Below, piece by piece: positions 40,726 through 48,576 of a stretch of DNA of 63,265 nucleotides (within the stretch, counting starts at the first letter, position 1; the number at the start of each line of letters is the position of its first letter). This DNA is from Microbacterium sp. (lineage in GTDB: Bacteria; Actinomycetota; Actinomycetes; Actinomycetales; Microbacteriaceae), in NCBI GenBank assembly GCA_036280835.1, contig DASUQB010000271.1, forward strand, positions 1 through 63,265, written 5' to 3'. Under the pieces are notes generated by a model. It made no database searches. It worked only from the letters and a program-made list of their open reading frames with translations, and had not been told where the DNA came from. The position numbers and the translations under genes are program-made.

Positions 40726-40758
40726 GGGATGGCGGCTCGTCGGACGAGCCGCCATCCC
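40726..40758 (-). terminator. Stem-loop after the GH43 gene
   Basis: GGGATGGCGGCTCGT-cgg-ACGAGCCGCCATCCC. Confidence 0.55.
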
Positions 40759-40764
40759 TGGGGG

Positions 40765-43194
40765 TCAGCCGCAGCTGTGTGCCGCGTAGCCGGCCGACAC
40801 GGCTCCGGTCAGCGCTTCACCCTCGACCGTCGCGGTGGCCGAGACCTCCGCGATGCCTGCCGGGGCGTTCGCGACCCGCGTCGTGAAGGCGCTGGACACC
40901 GACTTGCCGGCGGCGACCGTGACGGAGGTCTTCGAGCCGTACGGCGTCGTCACCGACGCCGTGACCGGCACGCTCTCCCCGTTGGTCACCTTCACGGTGA
41001 GCACCGACTTGCCCGCGACGCAGCGCGATGCCGTCTCGGCCGTGACATCGAGCGTGCGATCCTCGGCCTGCGTGAACGACCAGTTGTCGAGCTCGAACAG
41101 GTCGCCGCTGCCGCCGCTGTAGGTGAAGAACACGTCGTGCGTGCCCGTCGCCCCAGTGAGGGATGCGGTCAGCTCGATCCACTCCCCGGTCGTTCCGGTG
41201 ACCGGGACGGTCCCGATGACGGGCCCGGTCTCGCTGCCCGTGCGCACGCTGATGGCTCCGCCGCTCTGCAGCGGCTTCACCTTCACCGTGACGCTCTCCG
41301 CGCCGGCCTCGCCGAACGCGACGGAGGACAATCCGGTCCAGTCGCCGCTGTCGATGTCCCGCACCGCGAGGTTCGGGGAGGTATCCCCGAACTGCGCCGA
41401 GCCGCCGGTGACCTTCTGCGTCGCGATTCCTTTGCTCCACCCGAACGTCTCGGACTCGAAGGTCCGGAACGGGTCGAACTCGCGCACCTGCTCCACGCCG
41501 GCGTACGTTCCGACGACCTGCTTGATCGTGCCGTCGGCGTTGAAGCCGAGCTCCTCGATGTGCGGGCTGCGGTACCCCTGGGTGGTGTTCCCGTTGATCC
41601 GCTTGTTCAGCGTCGGGGCGTGGTAGGTGAAGTAGTACTTGCCCTCGAACTCGAACACCGACTGGTGATTGTTGCCGCCCGTGCCGGCACCGAAGAACTG
41701 CGACTGGTTCGGGAAGAGCACGCCTGCGTAGGTCTCCTTCGGCCAGACCATCGGGTCGTCCGAGATCATGTAGCCGATCTGGCCGCCGCCGGGGTAGCCG
41801 GGGAGCGTGGCCTGGTTGCCGCCGAAGTCCGTGCCGCCGAAGTGCGACGAGTACGACATGTAGTACTTGTCGCCGCGGGTGAAGATGTGACCGGCCTCGA
41901 ACGCGACGGGCGCGTCGACGACGGCCGCAGTGCCCTGCGTGTTCACCATGTCGTCGGCGAGCTCGATCACCCGGATGTTCTTCGGGTTGTTGAAGCGCTC
42001 GGCCGCCGGCATCGTCGTCGCCGCGGGACCGCCGCCGAAGACGAGGTAGCCCTGACCGTCCTTGTCCACCAGAGGCGCGGGGTCGAATTTCCACGCCACC
42101 GCCTCGGCGCCCGGAGTCGTGCCGTTGATGAGCGTGCTGGTGCGCTCGCTCTTCCACGGCCCGAGGGGGCTGTCGCCGGTGACCACGTTGCTGGAACCGC
42201 CGCCGTTGGCGTAGTAGAGGAAGTACTTCTCCTCGCCGTTGACGATCTTCTTCGTGAAGCCGGGGGCCCACGAGTTGCTCGTGAAGGGCGCGATGCCCTG
42301 CGCTCCGGCCACCTGGATCTCGCCGTGATCGGTCCAGTTCACAAGGTCCTCGGACGAGATCAGGGTGATCTGGTTGATGCTGCCGTAGTTGATGGAGGGC
42401 GAGATGCCCGTCACCGGGTCGGGCGCGTAGCCCTGCGTGTCGTTGGTCATGTACATGTACACACGACCGTCCTCGGCGTACCCGAATCCGTCGGCGCCGA
42501 ACTTGTGGCCGATGAGCGGGTTGTGCTCGCCGGGGAGCTTGCCCACGACCTCGATCGTCTTGGACGGGGGCGGCGGCGGTGCCGCCCCGATCAGCGACAC
42601 GTCGTCGACGGTGAAGTCCATGAGGTGCGTGTTCGGGTCGGCCGACGGCGTCGCGGTCCACGGCGTCTCGATGAACAGGCGCGTGGTCGCGACGCTCTGC
42701 GTCGCGGGGATGGTGAACGTCGCGTTCACGTAGCCCCACTGGCCGCGCGCCGGCGTCGCGCTTCCGAGGTTGGTGTAGGTCCCGCCGCCGTAGTGCATCG
42801 TCACGAAGAACTGCTTGGTCGCGGGGCTGCTCGCGTTGTCGTACTTGACCCGCGCCTTGATGTTGTAGGTCTTGCCCGCCTGCAGCTTTCCGCTGAGGTC
42901 CTGCATGGGACCGGACCCGGTCGTCGTGCGTCCCGTCGTGCGGACCGCCGACGAGCCGGCGAACGCGTCGCCGACGATCGAGAGCGCGCCGCCGTCGGTC
43001 GCGTTCCCGTTGTTGATGAACCAGCCTTCGAGGCCGTTCTCGAAGCCGCCGTTGACGATCAGCTCCTCGTCGGCCGCCGTCGCGGGGACCGCGAAGCCGC
43101 TCAGAATGAGGGCGGTCGCGGCGATCGTCGCGCTGATGATGCCAGCCCGTCTCCGCCGGCGACCCGCGCTCGGTCGTATCACTTGCCTGGTCAA
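40765..43194 (-). CDS. Secreted GH43 arabinoxylan arabinofuranohydrolase (XynD-like) with N-terminal CBM4_9/22-like module, CBM6 and the RCVAGK domain
   Basis: HNPLIGHKFGAD, SWAP, FDPA, FEA and GNNHQS motifs; CBM6-like IDSGDW...THDVFF. Confidence 0.88.
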   Translation of the reverse strand: MTRQVIRPSAGRRRRRAGIISATIAATALILSGFAVPATAADEELIVNGGFENGLEGWFINNGNATDGGALSIVGDAFAGSSAVRTTGRTTTGSGPMQDLSGKLQAGKTYNIKARVKYDNASSPATKQFFVTMHYGGGTYTNLGSATPARGQWGYVNATFTIPATQSVATTRLFIETPWTATPSADPNTHLMDFTVDDVSLIGAAPPPPPSKTIEVVGKLPGEHNPLIGHKFGADGFGYAEDGRVYMYMTNDTQGYAPDPVTGISPSINYGSINQITLISSEDLVNWTDHGEIQVAGAQGIAPFTSNSWAPGFTKKIVNGEEKYFLYYANGGGSSNVVTGDSPLGPWKSERTSTLINGTTPGAEAVAWKFDPAPLVDKDGQGYLVFGGGPAATTMPAAERFNNPKNIRVIELADDMVNTQGTAAVVDAPVAFEAGHIFTRGDKYYMSYSSHFGGTDFGGNQATLPGYPGGGQIGYMISDDPMVWPKETYAGVLFPNQSQFFGAGTGGNNHQSVFEFEGKYYFTYHAPTLNKRINGNTTQGYRSPHIEELGFNADGTIKQVVGTYAGVEQVREFDPFRTFESETFGWSKGIATQKVTGGSAQFGDTSPNLAVRDIDSGDWTGLSSVAFGEAGAESVTVKVKPLQSGGAISVRTGSETGPVIGTVPVTGTTGEWIELTASLTGATGTHDVFFTYSGGSGDLFELDNWSFTQAEDRTLDVTAETASRCVAGKSVLTVKVTNGESVPVTASVTTPYGSKTSVTVAAGKSVSSAFTTRVANAPAGIAEVSATATVEGEALTGAVSAGYAAHSCG

Positions 43195-43344
43195 GGGTTC
43201 CTCCTCGTTGATCGATCAACCTTGCTCCGCCGACATCGCGTTTCAGGCGCGACGAATAAGCGACCCGGGGGGTCGCTCGGCTGCGTCGGACACGGCATCC
43301 GGGCACATTGTCGTGCACGAGGGCGTCCGCGGCGGTGTTCTGAA

Positions 43345-43358
43345 TGTTAGCGGTACCA
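43345..43358. promoter_or_regulatory. Putative LacI operator in the divergent promoter
   Basis: TGTTAGCGGTACCA, related to 30400-30413. Confidence 0.55.
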
Positions 43359-43434
43359 CTTTCGGTCCGCAAGGGTTCATTCCCAGCCGCCGATAGAGTC
43401 GCTGCAAACAGCCCGCCGATGCAGACCAGGTGCG

Positions 43435-44493
43435 ATGACCGAGCCCGAGACTCCCGCAGCCCGTCCCCGCGTACGAATGCGGGACGTCGCCGAGCGGGCC
43501 GGAGTGTCGTCCCAGACCGTGTCGAACGTCGTCAACGGACGCACCGACCATGTCGGGCCCGAGACGATCGAGCGCGTGTCGCAGGCGATCGAGGACCTCG
43601 GATATCGTCTCAACCAGAGCGCCCGGTCGCTCCGGAAGGGCACGACGGGCATCGTCGGCCTCGGCCTTCCCGACCTCGCGTCCGAGTACTACGGCGAGCT
43701 CGCCGAGCGACTGGCGCGCCGGTTCTCGGCGCGAGGCGTTCGGCTTGTCACGGAGAACACCGGCGGCGCCGTGACCGCCGAGGCCGAGTCGCTCGCGGCG
43801 TCCCACCTGGAGACGTACGACGGCTTCATCCTCGCGGTCGCCGCGAGCGAATCGGCCGACCTCAACCGCATCCTCGCGACGAAGCCGATCGTCCTCCTGG
43901 GCGAGCGCGCTCTGTTCACGCGCTTCGACCACGTGCTGATGGACAACGTGGGGGGCGGTCGCCTTGCGACCGCCCACCTGCTCGAGCGGGGCGCCCGGTC
44001 GGTGGCGATCCTCGGTGGATCGCTGGCCGGTGGCGACTCGGTGCAGACCCTCAGAACGCGAGGCTACATCGAGGCGCACGAGGCGCTGGGACTGCCGCTC
44101 GATGAGGCGCTCGTGGTGCGCAGCGGGCTCGACGCCATCGCAGGCCACGAGGCGATGGCGAACCTGCTCGACCGTGGGGGGCCGAAGGTGGACGGCCTCT
44201 TCGCCGTCACCGACTCGGCGGCCTTCGGCGCGATGCGCGCGCTGCGGGAGCGCGGCTTCACGATCCCGGACGACGTCCAGGTCGTCGGCTTCGACAATCT
44301 CCGGTCGGGCGCGTTCTGCACTCCCGCTCTGACGTCGATCGAGCCCGGCAACGAGGAGATGGCCGACGCCATCGTCGACGTCATGATGGCCCGGCTGGAA
44401 CGCCGGCGCGACTTCTCCGATCCTCGGCGGGTGATGCCGGAGGCCCGTGTCGTCCCCCGCGAGACCACGCTCGCGGGACCGGCATCCCCCTGA
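43435..44493 (+). CDS. LacI family transcriptional regulator
   Basis: RMRDVAERAGVSSQTVSNV HTH; VGFDN; PALTSI. Confidence 0.95.
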   Translation: MTEPETPAARPRVRMRDVAERAGVSSQTVSNVVNGRTDHVGPETIERVSQAIEDLGYRLNQSARSLRKGTTGIVGLGLPDLASEYYGELAERLARRFSARGVRLVTENTGGAVTAEAESLAASHLETYDGFILAVAASESADLNRILATKPIVLLGERALFTRFDHVLMDNVGGGRLATAHLLERGARSVAILGGSLAGGDSVQTLRTRGYIEAHEALGLPLDEALVVRSGLDAIAGHEAMANLLDRGGPKVDGLFAVTDSAAFGAMRALRERGFTIPDDVQVVGFDNLRSGAFCTPALTSIEPGNEEMADAIVDVMMARLERRRDFSDPRRVMPEARVVPRETTLAGPASP

Positions 44494-44591
44494 TTGCTCT
44501 CGCGCAGCGCGCCGGCGCCGCACGAACGGCGCGAGCGCGTCCCCCTTTCGGGGGGTTGCGCGACGACGCCGACAACCGGTGAAGTTGTCGG

Positions 44592-45932
44592 ATGGCTCAA
44601 GACATCGCGACACCCCCGAGTGCGGCGCCCGGACTCAAGCGCGCCATCGGCACCCCGCTGCTCTTCGCCTTCATCGTCGGCGACACCCTGGGCGCGGGCA
44701 TCTACACGCTCGTCGGCTCGATGTCCTCCGATGTCGGAGGGGTGATCTGGCTGCCGCTGCTCCTGGCTCTCGTGGTGGCCCTGCTCACGGCCGGAACCTA
44801 CGCGGAGCTCATCACGAAGTACCCCCACGCGGGGGGAGCCGCCCGCTACGCCGAGCGGGCATTCGGCATCCCGTACCTGTCGTTCCTCGTCGGGTTCCTG
44901 ATGATGGCGTCGGGAATCACGACCGCCGCCGCGCTGGCGAACGCCTTCGCGGGCGACTACCTCGCCGCCCTCGTCGACGTGCCGCCCGCGCCCACTGCGG
45001 TGATCTTCATCATCCTGCTGACGCTGATCAATCTGCGCGGCGTGCGCGAGTCGCTCACCGCGAACCTCGTCGCCTCCGTCATCGAGGTGACCGGTCTCGT
45101 CATCGTCATCGTGCTCGCGGCGATCGTGCTCGGCAGCGGCAACGGGGATCCCGGTCGCCTGCTCGAGTTCGCGCCCGATGTGCCGCCCCTTCAGGGCGCG
45201 TTCGCGGCATCCATCATCGCCTTCTTCTCGTTCCTCGGCTTCGAGGCCGCTGCGAACATGGCGGAGGAGGTGCGCAACCCCTCCAAGGCGTATCCGCGCG
45301 CACTGTTCGGCGCCCTCGCCACCGCCGCGGTCGTCTATCTGCTGATCGCCCTCGGTGCCGTGATCGTCGTCCCGCCGGAGGAGCTCGCCGAGTCGACCGC
45401 ACCGCTGCTGGACGTCGTGGCGAGCAGCGGCATCGCCGTTCCGCAGTGGCTGTTCGGCCTCATCGCCCTCGTCGCCATCGCCAACGGGGCGCTGCTGTTC
45501 ATGGTCATGGCGAGCCGCGTCGGCTACGGACTGGCCGAGGCGAACCTGCTTCCCAGCGCGTTCGCGCGCGTGCTGCCCAATCGCCGCACGCCCTGGGTGT
45601 CGATCGTCGTGGTCGCCGCCGTGACCATCGGCCTGACTCTGATCGGCGACGTCGCGACGCTCGCCGAGACGACCGTGCTGCTGCTGCTCCTCGTGTTCCT
45701 CTCCGCCAACGTCAGCGTGCTGGTGCTGAAGAAGGACAAGGTCGATCACCCGCACTTCACCGTTCCGCGCTTCGTGCCGGTGCTCGCCATCATCGCGAGC
45801 GTCGTGATGCTCGCCCAGCAGACCGGCGTCGTCTGGCTGGGCGCGGCGGCCTACGTCGTGATCGGATCCATCCTGTTCCTCATCGCCCGAGCGGGCCGCA
45901 AGCGCGAGGAGCGCCTGAAGGACCGCCATTGA
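44592..45932 (+). CDS. APC family amino acid permease
   Basis: GDTLGAGIY and FLGFE...AEE motifs; about 12 TM segments. Confidence 0.93.
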   Translation: MAQDIATPPSAAPGLKRAIGTPLLFAFIVGDTLGAGIYTLVGSMSSDVGGVIWLPLLLALVVALLTAGTYAELITKYPHAGGAARYAERAFGIPYLSFLVGFLMMASGITTAAALANAFAGDYLAALVDVPPAPTAVIFIILLTLINLRGVRESLTANLVASVIEVTGLVIVIVLAAIVLGSGNGDPGRLLEFAPDVPPLQGAFAASIIAFFSFLGFEAAANMAEEVRNPSKAYPRALFGALATAAVVYLLIALGAVIVVPPEELAESTAPLLDVVASSGIAVPQWLFGLIALVAIANGALLFMVMASRVGYGLAEANLLPSAFARVLPNRRTPWVSIVVVAAVTIGLTLIGDVATLAETTVLLLLLVFLSANVSVLVLKKDKVDHPHFTVPRFVPVLAIIASVVMLAQQTGVVWLGAAAYVVIGSILFLIARAGRKREERLKDRH

Positions 45933-45962
45933 CAACCTGACGGTTATCAACACGCTGGTTGC

Positions 45963-46088
45963 GTGAACGGAACCAGCCGGGTCTCCGCCCACTTCTCCAT
46001 GTCGCTCGACGGATTCATCGCCCGCGATGACGACGGTGTGAGGGCGCCTTCATCAGCGGCCGCCGCCTGTTCGGCGAGCCTCGGCTGA
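45963..46088 (+). pseudogene. Remnant of a dihydrofolate reductase-like (RibD C-terminal) gene
   Basis: FSMSLDGFIA motif in frame; the second family motif GAFISGRRLF follows in a shifted frame; ORF ends after 41 codons. Confidence 0.6.
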
Positions 46089-46244
46089 ACGGCGCCTGAG
46101 CAGCACCCCCCGCTGGGGGTGACCCGGCGCGCGAGGTGTATCACCGGTCGGAGCGACGCCTCTGTCCAGGTATCCGACCATCCGCACACTCCGCGCTGGA
46201 AGCCGGGGCGCTGCGGCGCGCTCGGTCGCGGGAAAGAGGCAAAG

Positions 46245-48563
46245 ATGCTCAACTTCCTGAACCACTTCACCGTCCCGGATGTCGATCACGTCACGGTGTT
46301 CCACGACGACCAGGACGCGGACCTGTTCTACATGGTGCCGGAGCTGCCCTCGATCCTGGCCCGGGAGGACGGCACCCCCGCCTTCACCCTGATCTCCTTC
46401 GCGCGCGACTTCTCGCTCATGGCCGACAAGGCCACGGCGCTGCCGACCGCGGAGACCGAGGGCGGCCTGCTCCAGGTCACGACGTCACTGGAAGTGAGCC
46501 AGGAGGATCAGGAGAAGATCCGCGACTACATCGCCGGCGGCATGGACGACAGGCCCCGCCCGATGCTCGACGGCAAGCGCATCATGCTGATGCGGCGGGC
46601 GGTCGGCGGCCGCACCGTGAAGCTGACCTACCCCACGTGGGTCGACGGCAAGGTCGGCTTCCACCTCTTCCCGAGCGGCGGAGAGACCTTCGTCAAGGCG
46701 ATCGAGGGATCCGAGAAGCCGTCGCTGGTCGCCAGCAACCTCGCCTCTTATACCGCGCTCCTCGGTCAGGAGGGGCTGCGTCTGATCCGCAACTCCATGG
46801 AGGACGGCTGGAGCCCCGGCACGATCAACTACGACATGTCGTTCGTGGCGCGCATCCCGAATCTCTCCGTGCACGTGTGGGGCGAGTCGCACGACGTCTA
46901 CAACGAGATCAAAGAGCACTCCACCATCACCGAGACGTACCGCAACGGCCAGAGCACCCGCACGTACCGGTATCCGCAGGTGTCGAGCCTCAAGGAGCTC
47001 CGCGACCTCAACACCGGGCTGCACATCGAGTACAACCTCGGCGACTTCCGGGGCGGCGGCGCCGAGGGCGAGGATCCGACCCAGGCGGTCGAGGATCTGG
47101 TCTTCAATATCGTGCAGCAGCTGATCACCCAGCGCTTCCTCACCCCTGGATTCGCCCCCGGACTCAAGGCGGAGAAGCTCGGCACCGATCCCCTCGCCCA
47201 CGGCGGCGGCGAGAAGATGCCCGGCGGCAACCAGCTGTGGCTCAAGGACTTCGAGCAGCGGATGGACGTGAAGATCGACTTCACGTTCGAGGGCACCACC
47301 AACTTCCTCGTCGAGAAGCACCCGAACTCCGAGCTGTTCGCGCTGGTCGACAAGGAGCAGGTCAAGAGGTCGATCATCGAGGCCGACCTGAGCAAGCCCT
47401 ACTTCACGCTGCTGGATGTGCCGGTGCAGGTCACGGCCGACTTCGACCGCGACCCCATCGCCGCGATCAAGGTGTTCCTCGAGTACGACCACGAGGACGA
47501 GCGGGGCGGCGGGCGAAAGCGCCAGGTCGAGGAGTTCCTCTTCGACTCCAACGATGACAAGTACTACTTCCGCACCGTGATGGCGCGGCTGCCCGACGGG
47601 ACTCCGAAGGACACCTACACCTATCGGAGCCAGATCATCTACAAGGCGAGCGCGAAGTCGGAGGACCTCGCGCCGGTGACCACCAACGACCGCAACCTCA
47701 TCATCGGCTACGACCAGCTGAACTGCGTCAACGTCGCGGTGTACTGGGGGGCGATCCCGGTGGATGCCGTGCAGCAGGTGCAGGTCGCCTTCCGCTACCC
47801 GGGGGTCGATCTGCCGTCGGCGACATCCGAGGTCGTGCTGCGCCTCGACGCGCCGCAGGCCGCCTGGTTCACCTACACCGGCGACCAGAAGTCGCAGGAG
47901 TACGAGTACGACGTGACGTTCTTCATGGCCGACGGCCAGCGCGTCGCCCTGCCCACGCAGCGGGCGTCGACGCAGCGCCTGATCATCAACGCGCCCTTCG
48001 AGGACAAGCTGAACGTCACGTTCGTGCCGCAGGGCGGCTTCCCTCCGGTCGCCTCGATCGTCGTCACGGCGAAGTACGCGGACGGCGACTACGAGGTCAG
48101 CGACGTGCACTCGTTCACGAGCTCCGCCGACATCTGGGAGTGGAGCATCGACCTGCGCGACCGGTCGAAGCGGGCGTTCGAGTACCGCGCCGACGTCACC
48201 TACGCCGACGGATCGTCGAGCTCCGGCGAGTGGCACCCGGGAGCGGAGGGAACCGTGCTGGTCGGGGACGTGGCGCGCGAGATGCTCGCGGTCGAGGTGG
48301 TCGCCGATCTCGTCGACATGACGAAGTGGAAGCTCGTCATCGTGCGCCTCGCGTACGACGACGGGGCGGGGCTCACGAGCGAGCACGTCGTCAAGCTCAC
48401 CGCCGTGCCGCCGAATCCCGCCGACCTGAAGTGGGTCGTCCCCATCAAGGACCCCGCCAAGCGCACGTACACGCACCAGATCCAGGCGTTCGGCCATGGG
48501 GGCGAGCGGCACACCGCCGGCCCGACCGAGAGCACCGACCCGCTGCTCGTGCTCGAGTTCTAG
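46245..48563 (+). CDS. Hypothetical protein, operon paralog A (N-terminal core plus repeated beta-rich modules)
   Basis: RBS GAGG; VTVFHDD..LFYMVP, GGLLQ, KPSLVASN, EG and EADLSKPYF motifs shared with downstream genes. Confidence 0.85.
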   Translation: MLNFLNHFTVPDVDHVTVFHDDQDADLFYMVPELPSILAREDGTPAFTLISFARDFSLMADKATALPTAETEGGLLQVTTSLEVSQEDQEKIRDYIAGGMDDRPRPMLDGKRIMLMRRAVGGRTVKLTYPTWVDGKVGFHLFPSGGETFVKAIEGSEKPSLVASNLASYTALLGQEGLRLIRNSMEDGWSPGTINYDMSFVARIPNLSVHVWGESHDVYNEIKEHSTITETYRNGQSTRTYRYPQVSSLKELRDLNTGLHIEYNLGDFRGGGAEGEDPTQAVEDLVFNIVQQLITQRFLTPGFAPGLKAEKLGTDPLAHGGGEKMPGGNQLWLKDFEQRMDVKIDFTFEGTTNFLVEKHPNSELFALVDKEQVKRSIIEADLSKPYFTLLDVPVQVTADFDRDPIAAIKVFLEYDHEDERGGGRKRQVEEFLFDSNDDKYYFRTVMARLPDGTPKDTYTYRSQIIYKASAKSEDLAPVTTNDRNLIIGYDQLNCVNVAVYWGAIPVDAVQQVQVAFRYPGVDLPSATSEVVLRLDAPQAAWFTYTGDQKSQEYEYDVTFFMADGQRVALPTQRASTQRLIINAPFEDKLNVTFVPQGGFPPVASIVVTAKYADGDYEVSDVHSFTSSADIWEWSIDLRDRSKRAFEYRADVTYADGSSSSGEWHPGAEGTVLVGDVAREMLAVEVVADLVDMTKWKLVIVRLAYDDGAGLTSEHVVKLTAVPPNPADLKWVVPIKDPAKRTYTHQIQAFGHGGERHTAGPTESTDPLLVLEF

Positions 48564-48576
48564 GAGGACAGTCGCC

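Noticed and set aside
2684-40758. Intergenic hairpins as a REP/MITE family
   Set aside because: Stem sequences differ from each other and sit just after stop codons, consistent with terminators or mRNA stabilisers
390-43372. Many long antisense or alternate-frame ORFs (e.g. 390-2753, 5348-8437, 17308-19887, 24384-27626, 40279-43350, 40817-43372)
   Set aside because: Typical high-GC shadow ORFs with R/G/A/P-rich composition, no motifs, and full overlap with well-supported genes
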